Shown piece by piece: positions 14,901 to 26,815 of a stretch of 32,000 bases of DNA; position 1 is the first letter of the stretch; each line of letters begins with the position of its first letter. The stretch covers positions 90,001 through 122,000 of the forward strand of contig NZ_BCZP01000004.1 in assembly GCF_001598795.1 (NCBI RefSeq), read 5' to 3'. The DNA comes from Delftia acidovorans NBRC 14950. GTDB taxonomy: Bacteria > Pseudomonadota > Gammaproteobacteria > Burkholderiales > Burkholderiaceae_C. The notes below the pieces were generated by a model, which made no database searches, was not told where the DNA came from, and was given only the letters and a program-made list of their open reading frames with translations. The position numbers were made by a program, and so were the translations under genes.

Positions 14901-15722
14901 TCAGGACACGCGCCGTGTCGTGACGAAGTCCAGCACCGCCTGCAGCATGCGCTGCAGCGTGGGCTGGATCTGTTCGGCGCGCTCGGGCAGGTAGTCGAAG
15001 GGCAGCGCTTCCTGCATGTAGCTGCACTGCGTCATCTCCAGCTGCACGGCGTGGATGCCGGCCTCGGGCTGGCCGTAGTGGCGCGTGATGTAGCCGCCTG
15101 TGAAGCGGCCGTTGAGTATGGCGGTGTGGCCCGGCGCGGTCTGCGCAATGGCCAGCAGATGCTCGGCCAGCTCCAGCGCGCAGCTCGTGCCCTTGCCGGT
15201 GCCCAGGTTCAGGTCGGGCAGCTTGCCTTCGAAGAAACGCGGCAGCACCGAGCGGATGGAGTGCGCGTCCCACAGCGCCACGGTGCCGTGCACGGCCTTG
15301 AGGCGGTCCAGCTCGGCGCGCAGCTGTGCGTGGTACGGGCCCCAGATGGCCTCGCGGCGCGCGGCGATTTCGGCGTCCGCGGGCACATCGGCCGGGTCGG
15401 CGTACAGCGGCGTGTCGTCGAAGGTGTCCACGGGGCACAGGCCGGTGACGCTCTGGCCCGGGTAGAGGCTGGCGCCATCGGGCGGACGGTTCAGGTCCAC
15501 CACATAGCGCGAATGCGTGGCCACCAGGATGGAGGCGCCCATGGCCTTGGCGAACTCGTACAGGCGCGGCAGGTGCCAGTCGGTGTCGGGCACGTGGCGG
15601 GCTTCCTCGGTCAGGCGCGCGGCGATGTCGGGCGGCACATGGGTGCCCGCATGCGGCATGGAGATCAGCAGCGGCGCCGTGCCCTGGTGGAAGACGAAGG
15701 GAGGGGGAGCGGTATCGGTCAT
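14901..15722 (-). CDS. hutG: N-formylglutamate amidohydrolase (deformylase)
   Basis: Part of track ORF 14901..16067(-), starting at ATG 15722 (MTDTAPPPFVFHQGTAPLLISMPHAGTHVP...DTDWH...LWDAHSIRS...LPDLNLGT...GGYITRHYG). It closely resembles Pseudomonas HutG (FGase family). Confidence 0.9.
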   Translation of the reverse strand: MTDTAPPPFVFHQGTAPLLISMPHAGTHVPPDIAARLTEEARHVPDTDWHLPRLYEFAKAMGASILVATHSRYVVDLNRPPDGASLYPGQSVTGLCPVDTFDDTPLYADPADVPADAEIAARREAIWGPYHAQLRAELDRLKAVHGTVALWDAHSIRSVLPRFFEGKLPDLNLGTGKGTSCALELAEHLLAIAQTAPGHTAILNGRFTGGYITRHYGQPEAGIHAVQLEMTQCSYMQEALPFDYLPERAEQIQPTLQRMLQAVLDFVTTRRVS

Positions 15723-15778
15723 GGTGTGATTCTGGAACGTTTCTGGCGGGTTTTGCGGGCCCATGGCTTGCGGGGGCC

Positions 15779-17179
15779 TCAGGATTGCAGGGTGGCCGCG
15801 CGGGCCGCGACAAAGCCATGGGCTGCCGCCTCGTGCAGCGCATGGCGGCCGGCCTGCACGCGGCGCTCGCCGCCCACCCACAGGCTGTGCAGGGCGCTGC
15901 TGCGGTGGCTGCCGAAGACATGGGCCGAGACCATGGCCTGCACCGGCAGGCCGGCCAGCGCCACATGGTTTGCGTCCAGCGCCAGGAAGTCGGCCTGCTG
16001 GCCCACGGCCAGCCCGGCCACGGGGCGGCCTGCGGCCTGGGCGCCGCCCTGCACGGCGGCGGTCCACAGCGCGGTGCCCACCTGCGGGTCGGGGCCTGCC
16101 AGCACGTTGCGCTGGCGCAGCGACAGGCGCTGGCTATATTCGAGCATCAGCAGTTCCTCGGCAGCGTTGACGCAGGCATGGCTGTCCGAGCCCACGCCCC
16201 AGGCGCCGCCTTGGCCCAGCCATTGCGGCATGTCGAAGATGCCATCGCCCAGGTTGGCCTCGGTGGTGGGGCAGATGCCGGCCACGGCGCCGCTGCGCGC
16301 GGCGCCCGCGTATTCACCGGGCGTCATGTGGGTGGCGTGGACCAGGCACCAGCGCGCGTCCACGGGGGCATGCTCCAGCAGCCATTGCACGGGGCGCTGG
16401 CCGCTCCAGGCCAGGCAGTCGTCCACCTCCTGGGTCTGCTCGGCAATGTGGATGTGGATGGGCGCGCGCGCATCCAGCGCCGTCAGGCCCTCCACGGCCA
16501 CGCGCAGGCTGTCGGGCGGCACGGCGCGCAGCGAGTGCGGCGCCAGGCCCAGGGCCGCGCCCTGGGCACGGGCCTCGGGCAGCAGGCGCTGCAGCAAGGC
16601 CAGCATGTTGTCCGTGCTGCGGATGAAGCGCGCCTGGTCGGCGCGCGGCGGCTTGCCGCCGAAGCCGCTGGTCTGGTAGAGCACGGGCAGCAGGGTGATG
16701 CCCATGCCGGCCTTGCGCGCGGCGCGCAGCAGGGCCAGGGACAGCGTGGCGTCGTCGGCATAGGGCCGGCCATCCCGGTCGTGGTGCACGTAGTGGAATT
16801 CGCAGACCGAGGTGTAGCCGGCCTCCAGCATCTCCACGTACAGCCAGGTGGCGATGGCCTCCAGCGACTCGGGCGTGATGCGCGCGGCAAAGCGGTACAT
16901 GAGGTCGCGCCAGCTCCAGAAGCTGTCCTGGGCCTCGGCGCGGTATTCGGTCAGGCCCGCAAAGGCGCGCTGGAAGGCATGCGAGTGCAGGTTGGGCATG
17001 CCGGGCAGCACGGGGCCGGGCGCGCGCGGCGCGCTGCCCGGCTGTGCGTCGGCCTGTACGGCCTGCAGGCTTCCTGTGCCATCCCAGCGCAGCAGCACAT
17101 TGCGCGCCCAGCCCGTGGGCAGCAGCGCGTGCTCGGCGAACAGCGTGCGGCTGTCGGAAGTCTGGTCGATGCCGCTCAT
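15779..17179 (-). CDS. hutF: Formimidoylglutamate deiminase
   Basis: Part of track ORF 15779..18097(-), starting at ATG 17179 (MSGIDQ...LFAEHALLPTGWARNV...LPGMPNLHSHAFQRAFAGL...HIHIAEQTQEVDDCLAWSGQRPVQWL...GICPTTEANLGDGIF). It is co-linear with Pseudomonas HutF. The ATGA overlaps the upstream gene. Confidence 0.92.
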   Translation of the reverse strand: MSGIDQTSDSRTLFAEHALLPTGWARNVLLRWDGTGSLQAVQADAQPGSAPRAPGPVLPGMPNLHSHAFQRAFAGLTEYRAEAQDSFWSWRDLMYRFAARITPESLEAIATWLYVEMLEAGYTSVCEFHYVHHDRDGRPYADDATLSLALLRAARKAGMGITLLPVLYQTSGFGGKPPRADQARFIRSTDNMLALLQRLLPEARAQGAALGLAPHSLRAVPPDSLRVAVEGLTALDARAPIHIHIAEQTQEVDDCLAWSGQRPVQWLLEHAPVDARWCLVHATHMTPGEYAGAARSGAVAGICPTTEANLGDGIFDMPQWLGQGGAWGVGSDSHACVNAAEELLMLEYSQRLSLRQRNVLAGPDPQVGTALWTAAVQGGAQAAGRPVAGLAVGQQADFLALDANHVALAGLPVQAMVSAHVFGSHRSSALHSLWVGGERRVQAGRHALHEAAAHGFVAARAATLQS

Positions 17180-18321
17180 TGTCCGGCCTCCAGGATGTCG
17201 GCCAGCGCGCGCACGAAGCGTTCGTTGTCGGCCTCGGTGCCCACGGAGACGCGGATGAAGTGCTCGAAGCCGGGCTCCTTCCATGGCTTGGTGATGATGC
17301 CCCGGGCCAGCAGCGCCTCGTTCACGGGGCCGTTGGGACGGCCGATGTCGATGAACAGGAAGTTGGCGGCCGAAGGCGCTATCCGAAGCGCAGGCAGTGC
17401 AGGCAGGGCGGCCAGCCGCTGCGCCAGCACATCGCGCAGGCGCACGGTCTCGGCCACGCCGCGCTGCATGAAGTCCTCGTCGCCCCAGGCCGCCAGCGCC
17501 GCCGCCTGGGCGGCCTGGTTGACGTTGAAGGGCGTGCGCACGCGGTCCAGCAGTTGCACCAGGGCCGCGTCGCTGGCCAGTCCGTAGCCCACGCGCAGGC
17601 CCGCCAGGCCCCAGGCCTTGGAGAAGGTGCGCAGCACGATCCAGGGCATGGCGCGGCCGCGCAGCAGGGCCAGCACGTCGGGGTAGTCGTCGGCGTGCAG
17701 GGCGTACTCGTAGTAGGCCTCGTCCACCACCAGCAGGGTCTGCGGCGGCGTGGCGTCCAGCAGGCGCGCGAAATCGCCGGCGCTGAACATGCAGCCCACG
17801 GGATTGGAGGGATTGGCCAGCATGGCGATCTTGGGGCCGCGCGCCAGCGCCTGGCACCAGGCATCGACGTCGAAGCCCAGCGCGGGCGTAAGCTCCAGCA
17901 GCTCGACGCGGGCGCCCATCATGCGCGGGTAGATCTCGTGCAGGCCGAAGGCCGGGCGCTGGGTGAGCACGCGGTCGCCGGGCGAGAGAAACGCCTGGCA
18001 GAGCATCTGCAGGATGTCCTCGGAGCCGTTGCCCACGGCAATGGCCTCGGCCGGCACGCCGGTGCGCGCCGCGATGGCCGCGCGCAGCGCCGTGCATTGC
18101 GCATCGGGATAGGTGCCCACGTGCAGGGCCAGGTCGGCCAGGGCGCGGGCCACGGCAGGGCTGGCGCCAAAGGGGTTCTCGTTGCTCGCCAGCCGCGCGA
18201 TCTCGGTGACGCCGTAGCGCGCCCGCACGGCCTCGGAGGACAGGCCTGCGTTGTAGGGCGGCAGCGGCGGCACTTCGGGGCGTGCCAGGGTGTGGATCGC
18301 GTGGATGGCGGGAGCGTTCAT
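17176..18321 (-). CDS. Histidinol-phosphate-aminotransferase-family PLP enzyme (HisC-like), 381 aa
   Basis: Part of track ORF 17176..19530(-), starting at ATG 18321 (MNAPAIH...). Motifs are LASNENPFGASP, NPSNPVG and LRTFSKAWGLAGLRVGY (PLP lysine). ATGA start/stop overlaps occur at both ends (18318-18321 and 17176-17179). Confidence 0.88.
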   Translation of the reverse strand: MNAPAIHAIHTLARPEVPPLPPYNAGLSSEAVRARYGVTEIARLASNENPFGASPAVARALADLALHVGTYPDAQCTALRAAIAARTGVPAEAIAVGNGSEDILQMLCQAFLSPGDRVLTQRPAFGLHEIYPRMMGARVELLELTPALGFDVDAWCQALARGPKIAMLANPSNPVGCMFSAGDFARLLDATPPQTLLVVDEAYYEYALHADDYPDVLALLRGRAMPWIVLRTFSKAWGLAGLRVGYGLASDAALVQLLDRVRTPFNVNQAAQAAALAAWGDEDFMQRGVAETVRLRDVLAQRLAALPALPALRIAPSAANFLFIDIGRPNGPVNEALLARGIITKPWKEPGFEHFIRVSVGTEADNERFVRALADILEAGQ

Positions 18322-19706
18322 AGGTCGAATACCTTGCCGGGGTTGAACAGATGCAGGGGGTCCAGCGCCTGCTTGATGGCGCGCATCACGGCCAGTTCGG
18401 CCGGCGTGCGGCTGGCGCCGAGATAGGGCTTCTTGTGCAGGCCGATGCCGTGCTCGGCCGAGACGCTGCCGCCGAACTCGCCGACCAGGTGGTACAGCGC
18501 GGCCTCGACGCCTTCGCAGTCGCCGTTGGCGGTGGCACCGTCCACCGAGACATGCAGGTTGCCGTCGCCCACATGGCCGAAGAACAGCGAGTGGTGGCCG
18601 GGCCAGCGCGCGTCGAACGCGGCGCGGCAGGCATCGGCGAAGCGGCCGATGTCGGCCTGGGGCAGGCTGACGTCGAAGTTGACGGGCGGATGCATGTTCG
18701 TGTTGAGCTCGGCCGGCGCCTCGCGCAGCTTCCACAGCTGGCGCGCCTGGGCCACGGACTGGGCGATGACGGCATCGGCCACCTCGCCGGCCTCCATGGC
18801 CTCGCCCAGGGCCTCTTCCACGTCGGCGCGCAGCGTGGCCTCGTCCTTGCCGTCCACATCGATCAGGGCCAGCAGCGCATGCGCCTGGCCAAAGGGCGGC
18901 TGCAGCTTCTGCCAGCGGATGGAGGCCTGGATGAAGCTGTCCCACATCAGCTCGAAGGCCGCCACGCCGTTGCCAAAGCGCGATTGCATGCGCGCGAGCA
19001 CGGACAGCGCCGCATCGAAGTCCGGCACGGCCACCAGGGCCGTGGCGCGGGCCTGGGGCGCGGGACGCAGGCGCAGCAGCACGCGCGTGACGATGCCCAG
19101 CGTGCCCTCCGAGCCGATGAAGAACTGCTTGAGGTCGTAGCCCGTGTTGTTCTTGAGCATGGGGCGCAGCATGGGCAGCACCGTGCCGTCGGCCAGCACC
19201 ACCTCCAGGCCCAGCACCTGCTCGCGCATCATGCCGTGCTGCAGCACGCCGTTGCCGCCCGCATTGGTGGCCACGTTGCCGCCGATCTGGCAACTGCCGC
19301 GCGCGCCCAGGTCCACGCCGAAGACCATGCCTGCGGCCACGGCCGCCTCCTGCACGGCCTGCAGCGTGGCGCCGGCCTGCACGGTCATCAGCGCGGTGCG
19401 CGCGTTCACGTCCTCGATGGCGTTCATTCGCTCCATGGAGACGGCCACGGCACCCGGCACGGGCACGGCCGCACCGGCCAGGCCCGTGAGCCCGCCCTGG
19501 GGCACGACAGGCACGCGGTGGGCCGTGCACAGGCGCATGAGCGCGCTGACCTCGTCGGTGCTGCGCGGGCGCACCAGGGCCAGCGGGCGCTGGGGCGGCG
19601 TGCCGCTCCAGTCGGTGTGGTAGCGCGCGGGCACATCGTCGCCGCGCTGCGCCACTTCGGCGCCCAGGGTGGAAATCAATTCATCGAGAAACAGTGCATG
19701 GGACAT
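18318..19706 (-). CDS. FAD-linked oxidase / D-2-hydroxyacid dehydrogenase family protein (GlcD-like), 462 aa
   Basis: Part of track ORF 18318..19817(-), starting at ATG 19706 (MSHALFLDELISTLG...). It has an FAD_binding_4-type segment (LALVRPRSTDEVSALMRLCTAHRVPVVPQGGLTGLAGAAVP) and a C-terminal FAD-oxidase_C-like segment (SAEHGIGLHKKPYL). Confidence 0.82.
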   Translation of the reverse strand: MSHALFLDELISTLGAEVAQRGDDVPARYHTDWSGTPPQRPLALVRPRSTDEVSALMRLCTAHRVPVVPQGGLTGLAGAAVPVPGAVAVSMERMNAIEDVNARTALMTVQAGATLQAVQEAAVAAGMVFGVDLGARGSCQIGGNVATNAGGNGVLQHGMMREQVLGLEVVLADGTVLPMLRPMLKNNTGYDLKQFFIGSEGTLGIVTRVLLRLRPAPQARATALVAVPDFDAALSVLARMQSRFGNGVAAFELMWDSFIQASIRWQKLQPPFGQAHALLALIDVDGKDEATLRADVEEALGEAMEAGEVADAVIAQSVAQARQLWKLREAPAELNTNMHPPVNFDVSLPQADIGRFADACRAAFDARWPGHHSLFFGHVGDGNLHVSVDGATANGDCEGVEAALYHLVGEFGGSVSAEHGIGLHKKPYLGASRTPAELAVMRAIKQALDPLHLFNPGKVFDL

Positions 19707-19716
19707 GAGCAGGCTT

Positions 19717-21003
19717 TCAGTGGCTCCCCTGCCCGCAGCGGGTCCGCACGATGCGGCCCTGGCGCACGATGGTGCAGTCCGGCCGGTTGCCGAACCAGTA
19801 GGCCAGCTCGGCCGCATGGCGCACGGGCCAGAGCACGAAGTGGGCAGGACGGCCGGCCGCGATCAGGCCATGCTCGTCCTGCAGGCCCAGGGCGCGCGCG
19901 GCATGGCGGGTGATGCCCGCCAGGGCCTCGGGCACGGTGAGCCGGAACAGGGTGCAGGCCATGTTGGCCATGAGCAAAAGGCTCAGGCAGGGGGAGGTGC
20001 CCGGATTGTGATCGGTAGAGACGGCCATGGGAACGCCCGCGGCGCGCAGGCCAGCGATGGGCGGCATGTGGGTGTCGCGCAGCGTGTAGTAGGCGCCGGG
20101 CAGCAGCACGGCCACGGAACCCGCGCCGCGCATGGCGGCAATGCCGGATTCGGACAGGTGCTCGATGTGGTCGCACGACAGCGCGCCATAGCGGGCCGCG
20201 AGGGCCGCCCCCTCCATGTTCGACAGCTGCTCGGCATGCAGCTTGACGGACAGGCCCAGGCGGCGTGCGGCCTGGAAGACCTGCTCGGTCTCGGCCAGCG
20301 AGAAGGCAATGCGCTCGCAGAACACATCGACCGCATCGACCAGGCCCTCGGCCGCCAGCGCGGGCAGCATGGTGCCGGCGACGAGGTCGATGTAGTCCTG
20401 GCTGCGCCCTGCGTACTCGGGCGGCAGCGCATGCGCGCCCAGGAAGGTGGTGCGCACGGTCACGCCCAGGGCCTGGCCCAGGCGCCGGGCCACGCGCAGC
20501 TGCTTGCGCTCGTGCTCCAGCGCCAGGCCGTAGCCCGACTTGATCTCGATGGCGCAGACGCCCTCGTCCAGCAGCTGCTGCAGGCGCGGCAGGGCCTGGG
20601 CGAACAGCTCGTCCTCGCTGGCCTCGCGCGTGGCACGCACGCTGGAGACGATGCCGCCGCCGGCGCGGGCCACTTCCTCGTAGCTGGCGCCGTCCAGGCG
20701 CATGGCGAATTCGTTGGCGCGCTCGCCGCCATAGACCAGGTGGGTGTGGCAATCGACCAGGCCCGGCGTGGCCAGCATGCCCTGGCCGTCATGGCGCGGC
20801 AGGGACGCATATGCGGGCGGCAGGGCCTGCTGCGGCCCCACCCAGGCCACGCGGCCCTGCTGCACCACGATGCAGGCATCCTCCCCGTCACCCACGGCCT
20901 GGCCGGCCTCGAACATGTCAGGCGCCAGGCGCAGGTTCTGCCAGCAGCCGTCGGCCGAAGAGGATGGAGCGAGTGCGGAAGCGGGTGCGTGGGGCTCGGT
21001 CAT
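19717..21003 (-). CDS. hutI: Imidazolonepropionase
   Basis: Part of track ORF 19717..21153(-), starting at ATG 21003. Motifs are [31 protein letters not shown] and [10 protein letters not shown], typical of HutI amidohydrolases. Confidence 0.93.
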   Translation of the reverse strand: MTEPHAPASALAPSSSADGCWQNLRLAPDMFEAGQAVGDGEDACIVVQQGRVAWVGPQQALPPAYASLPRHDGQGMLATPGLVDCHTHLVYGGERANEFAMRLDGASYEEVARAGGGIVSSVRATREASEDELFAQALPRLQQLLDEGVCAIEIKSGYGLALEHERKQLRVARRLGQALGVTVRTTFLGAHALPPEYAGRSQDYIDLVAGTMLPALAAEGLVDAVDVFCERIAFSLAETEQVFQAARRLGLSVKLHAEQLSNMEGAALAARYGALSCDHIEHLSESGIAAMRGAGSVAVLLPGAYYTLRDTHMPPIAGLRAAGVPMAVSTDHNPGTSPCLSLLLMANMACTLFRLTVPEALAGITRHAARALGLQDEHGLIAAGRPAHFVLWPVRHAAELAYWFGNRPDCTIVRQGRIVRTRCGQGSH

Positions 21004-21031
21004 GGGTGGATTCCTTGGATGTCGTGGGTCG

Positions 21032-21592
21032 TCAGCAGGCTTGCAGCAGCACCTGCACCAGCCGCGCGTCGTCGGTCTGCGGCGCCAGCTGCTGCGGGTC
21101 GGGCTGCGGCGCGCTCCACCACAGGCCCTGGCCGGGGATGAGCGCAGCGCCATCCGCCTGCCAGTTGCCCTGCAGCACCATGCACAGGCCGGCGTCGGCG
21201 CGGCCGGCGTCGGCAGCGCTGTCCAGCACCTGGACCTGCGCCCGCCACCGGCCGCGCCGCGCCATCACGTTGAAGTCGGTGGAAGTGCCGCCCAGCAGCG
21301 AGCAGCCCAGCGCCACATCGCCGGAGAAGGCAAACGGCTGCCAGCGCGCGTCCAGCACATGGTCGATGCCTTCGCCGCGCAGGTGCACGCCGTCGCCATC
21401 GAGCAGCATGATCTGCCGGTCCACGCCCGCAAAGGCCGAGAACGGGCCGGGCTGGTCAATGGTGGCCACGCTGATGCGCCAGCCGAAAGCCTCCATGCCC
21501 GCCCCGGGCGGCCAGCAGGCGATCTCGCGCGTGCTGCCGCCCCCGTTCTTCCAGGGGCTGGCGGCGATCTGGTTCAGGTCGAAACGCTGCAT
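21032..21592 (-). CDS. hutD: HutD-family protein, 186 aa
   Basis: Part of track ORF 21032..22444(-), starting at ATG 21592 ([25 protein letters not shown]...). The WKNGGGxTxEI motif and the position between hutU and hutI match HutD. Confidence 0.8.
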   Translation of the reverse strand: MQRFDLNQIAASPWKNGGGSTREIACWPPGAGMEAFGWRISVATIDQPGPFSAFAGVDRQIMLLDGDGVHLRGEGIDHVLDARWQPFAFSGDVALGCSLLGGTSTDFNVMARRGRWRAQVQVLDSAADAGRADAGLCMVLQGNWQADGAALIPGQGLWWSAPQPDPQQLAPQTDDARLVQVLLQAC

Positions 21593-21615
21593 TGCCGTGG
21601 TGTCCTGCAAGCGGC

Positions 21616-23349
<1,734 letters not shown>

Positions 23350-23388
23350 GGCGATCTCCTGGATGCGGGGGGTGAGCGGTTGCGGGGT

Positions 23389-24960
23389 TCAGGCAGCCTG
23401 GTGGCTGGGCAGGTGGCGGACGATGGCCTGGGGCCAGTCCGTGGCAAGCGCCCACTGGCGCATGGTTTCGATGTCGGGTGCCAGGTAGCGGTCACGGTCC
23501 AGGTGCGGAACCTGGCTGCGGATCAGCGCGTACTGCGCCTCGATCAGCTCGGAGCTGTTCAGGCTGCGGTCGAAGTCCATGCCCTGGGCGGCGGCCATGG
23601 CTTCCACGCCCACGATGACGGCCGTGTTGCGCGCCATCTCGCCCAGGCGCCGTGCGCCGTAGGTGGCCATGGAGACATGGTCTTCCTGGTTGGCCGAGGT
23701 GGGCAGGCTGGTGACGCTGCTGGGGTGGGCCAGGCACTGGTTCTCGGCAGCCAGGGCGGCGGCCGTGACCTGGGCGATCATGAAGCCCGAGTTCACGCCG
23801 CTGTCGGCAATCAGGAAGGCCGGCAGGCCCGACAGGCCGGTGTCCAGCAGCAGGGCCATGCGGCGCTCGGAGATGGCGCCGATCTCGGCCAGGGCCAGGG
23901 CGATGATGTCGGCCGCGAAGGCCACGGGCTCGGCGTGGAAGTTGCCGCCCGAGATCACGTCGCCGTTGTCGAAGACCAGCGGGTTGTCCGAGGCGGCGTT
24001 GGCCTCGATCACCAGCACGCGGGCCGCATGGCTGAGGTTGTCCAGGCAGGCGCCCATGACCTGGGGCACACAGCGGATGGAGTACGGGTCCTGCACGCGG
24101 CCGCAATGGGGGTGGGAGGTGTCGATGGCGCTGCCGTCCAGCAGTTCGCGCACGGCGGCGGCCACGGCGATCTGGCCAAGCTGGCCGCGCGCCTCATGGA
24201 TGCGGGCGTCAAACGGTTTGACCGAGCCCTTGATGGCCTCCAGCGTCAGGCAGCCCGCCACCAGGCCGGCGGCGAACACGCTCTCGCCCTGGAACAGGCC
24301 CACCAGGGCCAGCGCCGTGGATACCTGGGTGCCGTTGAGCAGGGCCAGCCCTTCCTTGGGGCCGAGCACGAAGGGCTCCAGGCCCACGTGGCGCATGGCC
24401 TCGGTGCCGGACACCACCTGTCCATCGATCTTGGCCTGGCCTTCGCCGATCAGCACGCAGGCCAGGTGCGACAGCGGCGCCAGATCGCCCGAGGCGCCCA
24501 CCGAGCCCTTGGCAGGAATCACGGGCAGCACGTCGGCGTTGGCCAGGGCCAGCAGCGCATCGACCAGCTCGGGGCGCACGCCCGAATGGCCGCGCGCCAG
24601 GCTCACGGCCTTGGTGGCCAGCACCAGGCGCACCACGGCGTCGGGCAGCGGATCGCCCGTGCCCACGCTGTGCGACAGCACCAGGTTGCGCTGCAGCTCT
24701 GCCAGGCGGTCATGGGCGATCTTGGTGGAGGCCAGCTTGCCGAAGCCGGTGTTGATGCCATAGACGACCTGGTCCTCATCCACGATGTGCTGCACATGGG
24801 CCTGGGCGGCGCGCATGCGCTCGTAGGCGGACGCCGCCATGGACAGGCGCACGCCGCCCTGCTGGATGGCCCGCAGCTGGGCCAGGCTGACCTGACCGGG
24901 CTGCAGCGTCAGCGCGGTGCCGGGACGGGAGGTGAGGCCGGGAGTCGTGATGGTGTTCAT
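23389..24960 (-). CDS. hutH: Histidine ammonia-lyase
   Basis: Track ORF 23389..24960(-), 523 aa. It contains [11 protein letters not shown] and the MIO-forming [16 protein letters not shown] motif. Confidence 0.97.
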   Translation of the reverse strand: MNTITTPGLTSRPGTALTLQPGQVSLAQLRAIQQGGVRLSMAASAYERMRAAQAHVQHIVDEDQVVYGINTGFGKLASTKIAHDRLAELQRNLVLSHSVGTGDPLPDAVVRLVLATKAVSLARGHSGVRPELVDALLALANADVLPVIPAKGSVGASGDLAPLSHLACVLIGEGQAKIDGQVVSGTEAMRHVGLEPFVLGPKEGLALLNGTQVSTALALVGLFQGESVFAAGLVAGCLTLEAIKGSVKPFDARIHEARGQLGQIAVAAAVRELLDGSAIDTSHPHCGRVQDPYSIRCVPQVMGACLDNLSHAARVLVIEANAASDNPLVFDNGDVISGGNFHAEPVAFAADIIALALAEIGAISERRMALLLDTGLSGLPAFLIADSGVNSGFMIAQVTAAALAAENQCLAHPSSVTSLPTSANQEDHVSMATYGARRLGEMARNTAVIVGVEAMAAAQGMDFDRSLNSSELIEAQYALIRSQVPHLDRDRYLAPDIETMRQWALATDWPQAIVRHLPSHQAA

Positions 24961-25012
24961 GGTGATGCCCTGTCGGTGTCTGGGAGGGTGTGCCGGGATG
25001 GATGTCTATGCC

Positions 25013-25022
25013 TGTCTATACA
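25013..25022. promoter_or_regulatory. Candidate HutC operator upstream of hutH (TGTCTATACA)
   Basis: It differs by one mismatch from the HutC-type palindrome TGTA-N2-TACA. It lies 53 nt upstream of the hutH ATG in the 113-nt hutC-hutH spacer. A second TGTCTAT copy sits at 25002-25008. Confidence 0.4.
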
Positions 25023-25073
25023 ATATCAATCGAAGCGGAACAGCGCAAGAGCGGGAACCCCGCCTTTCAGGCC

Positions 25074-25862
25074 TCAGCCGTCGTGCGATCCGCCGTCGGT
25101 GCGAAAGCGGCTGCCCAGCCGGTAGCGCATGCCCGGATGCACGCAGTGCACCCAGGTCACGGGCGTGCCCAGGTACCAGGTGCGGCGCGTCAGCGTCAGG
25201 CAGGGCTGGTCCGCGTCCATCTGCAGCCAGCGCGCCTGCTCGGGCGTGGGCAGCATGGCGTCCACCACATGCTCGATCTGGTCGAAGGGCACGTTGCGCA
25301 CCAGATACACCGAAGGCTGGATCAGCGAGAAGTCCTGCTCCATGAAGTCCGGCGCCATGCGCGGGTTCACATGGCGGTCTTCCAGCTGCACGGGCACGTC
25401 GTTCTCGAAATGCACGCCCTGCAGGTGGAACACCGAGCTGCCCGCAGACAGCTGCAGCGAAGCCGCCGCCTCGGGCGAGGCCGACTCTCGGCGCACGCTG
25501 ATCAGCTCGAAGCGGTGGTCATGCCCGCGCTGGCGGATCTCTTCGGCGATGTTGGCGATGCGCAGCAGCGTGGACTGCGGCTTTTCCTCGGCCACGAAGG
25601 AGCCCACGCCGGCCACGCGCACGATCACGCCCTGCTCGGCCAGCTCGCGCAGCGCGCGGTTGGCCGTCATGCGGGCCACGCCGAACTCCTGCACCAGCTC
25701 CTGCTCGGACGGCACGCGCTCGCCGGCCGACAGCGAGCCATCGGCGATCTTGCGCAGCACGTGGTCCTTGACCTGCTGGTACAGGGCCATGGGCACCTCC
25801 GCCGTCGTTGCGGAAAGTCGGGAAGCCGTGGAACGCGAAGACATGGTGTGGGCAGTGGTCAT
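25074..25862 (-). CDS. hutC: Histidine utilisation repressor (GntR family, HutC/UTRA subfamily)
   Basis: Track ORF 25074..25862(-). The GntR wHTH is LYQQVKDHVLRKIADGSLSAGERVPSEQELVQEFGVARMTANRALRELAEQGVIVRVAGVGSFV, followed by a UTRA-like C-terminus. The start is uncertain: ATG 25862, 25844 or 25790. Confidence 0.85.
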   Translation of the reverse strand: MTTAHTMSSRSTASRLSATTAEVPMALYQQVKDHVLRKIADGSLSAGERVPSEQELVQEFGVARMTANRALRELAEQGVIVRVAGVGSFVAEEKPQSTLLRIANIAEEIRQRGHDHRFELISVRRESASPEAAASLQLSAGSSVFHLQGVHFENDVPVQLEDRHVNPRMAPDFMEQDFSLIQPSVYLVRNVPFDQIEHVVDAMLPTPEQARWLQMDADQPCLTLTRRTWYLGTPVTWVHCVHPGMRYRLGSRFRTDGGSHDG

Positions 25863-25871
25863 GGAAAAGCG

Positions 25872-26651
25872 TCAGTGTGCAGCAGCGGCCAGCGACTCTG
25901 CGCGAATCTCTTCGGTCAGCCGGGCTTTCAGCTCCATGAACTCGGGCGATGTCTTGACCGTGTAGTGGCGCGGATGCGGCAGGTTCACGGGAATATCGGC
26001 CTTGATGCGGCCCGGGCGCGCGCTGAACACGGCCACGCGGTTGGCCATGAAGATGGCCTCGTCGATGTCGTGGGTGACGAACATCACGGTCTTGCGCTCG
26101 GCCTCCCAGATGCCCAGCAGCAGCTCCTGCATGAGCACGCGGGTCTGGTTGTCGAGTGCGCCGAAGGGCTCGTCCATGAGCAGGATCTTGGGATCGTTGG
26201 CCAGCGCGCGCGCAATGGCCGTGCGCTGCTGCATGCCGCCAGACAGCTGCTTGGGAAAGTGGTTCTCGAAGCCGCGCAGCCCCACCTTGGCGATGAAGTA
26301 GTCGCTGCGCTCCTTTTGCAGCGCCTCGCTCACGCCCTTCTCACGCAGGCCGAAGCGGATGTTCTGGGCCACCGTCAGCCAGGGGAACAGCGTGTAGCTC
26401 TGGAACACCATGCCCCGGTCGGCGCCCGGGCCGTCCACGGCGCGGCCGTCCAGCAGCACCTGGCCCGTGGTCGGGAAATCCAGCCCTGCCGCAATGCGCA
26501 GCATGGTGGACTTGCCGCAGCCCGAAGGGCCGAGGATGGTGACGAAGTCGTTCTCGCGGACCTCGAAATCCACAGGCAGCAGGGCCTGCGTGCTCGTGCC
26601 CTTGTGGCTGGTGAAGGTGCGCGAAACACCTTGAATAGACAAAAGATTCAT
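25872..26651 (-). CDS. ABC transporter ATP-binding protein (NitT/TauT nitrate/sulfonate/bicarbonate-type family)
   Basis: Track ORF 25872..26654(-). The ATG at 26651 is preferred over the GTG at 26654, and GGAG lies upstream. Motifs are Walker A GPSGCGKST, signature LSGGMQQR and Walker B LLMDEPFGALD. Confidence 0.93.
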   Translation of the reverse strand: MNLLSIQGVSRTFTSHKGTSTQALLPVDFEVRENDFVTILGPSGCGKSTMLRIAAGLDFPTTGQVLLDGRAVDGPGADRGMVFQSYTLFPWLTVAQNIRFGLREKGVSEALQKERSDYFIAKVGLRGFENHFPKQLSGGMQQRTAIARALANDPKILLMDEPFGALDNQTRVLMQELLLGIWEAERKTVMFVTHDIDEAIFMANRVAVFSARPGRIKADIPVNLPHPRHYTVKTSPEFMELKARLTEEIRAESLAAAAH

Positions 26652-26815
26652 CACGATTCTCCAGGGCGCTTGTCAATATTCACGGCGGCTGCAACCGGCG
26701 CGACTCACCTCAGAGACACCGAGGAAGGGCCTACGCCGGCCGCGCCGCCCCGCACCGAGGGTGTCGTCCCCCTTCAAGGGGGAAGCGGCGCAGCCGCTCA
26801 GGGGGTAGATCCTTT

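Noticed and set aside
25051-25063. Short hairpin GCGGG-AAC-CCCGC just downstream of the hutC stop, as a possible terminator
   Set aside because: It has only a 5-bp stem and no U-tract on the minus strand, which is too weak to call.
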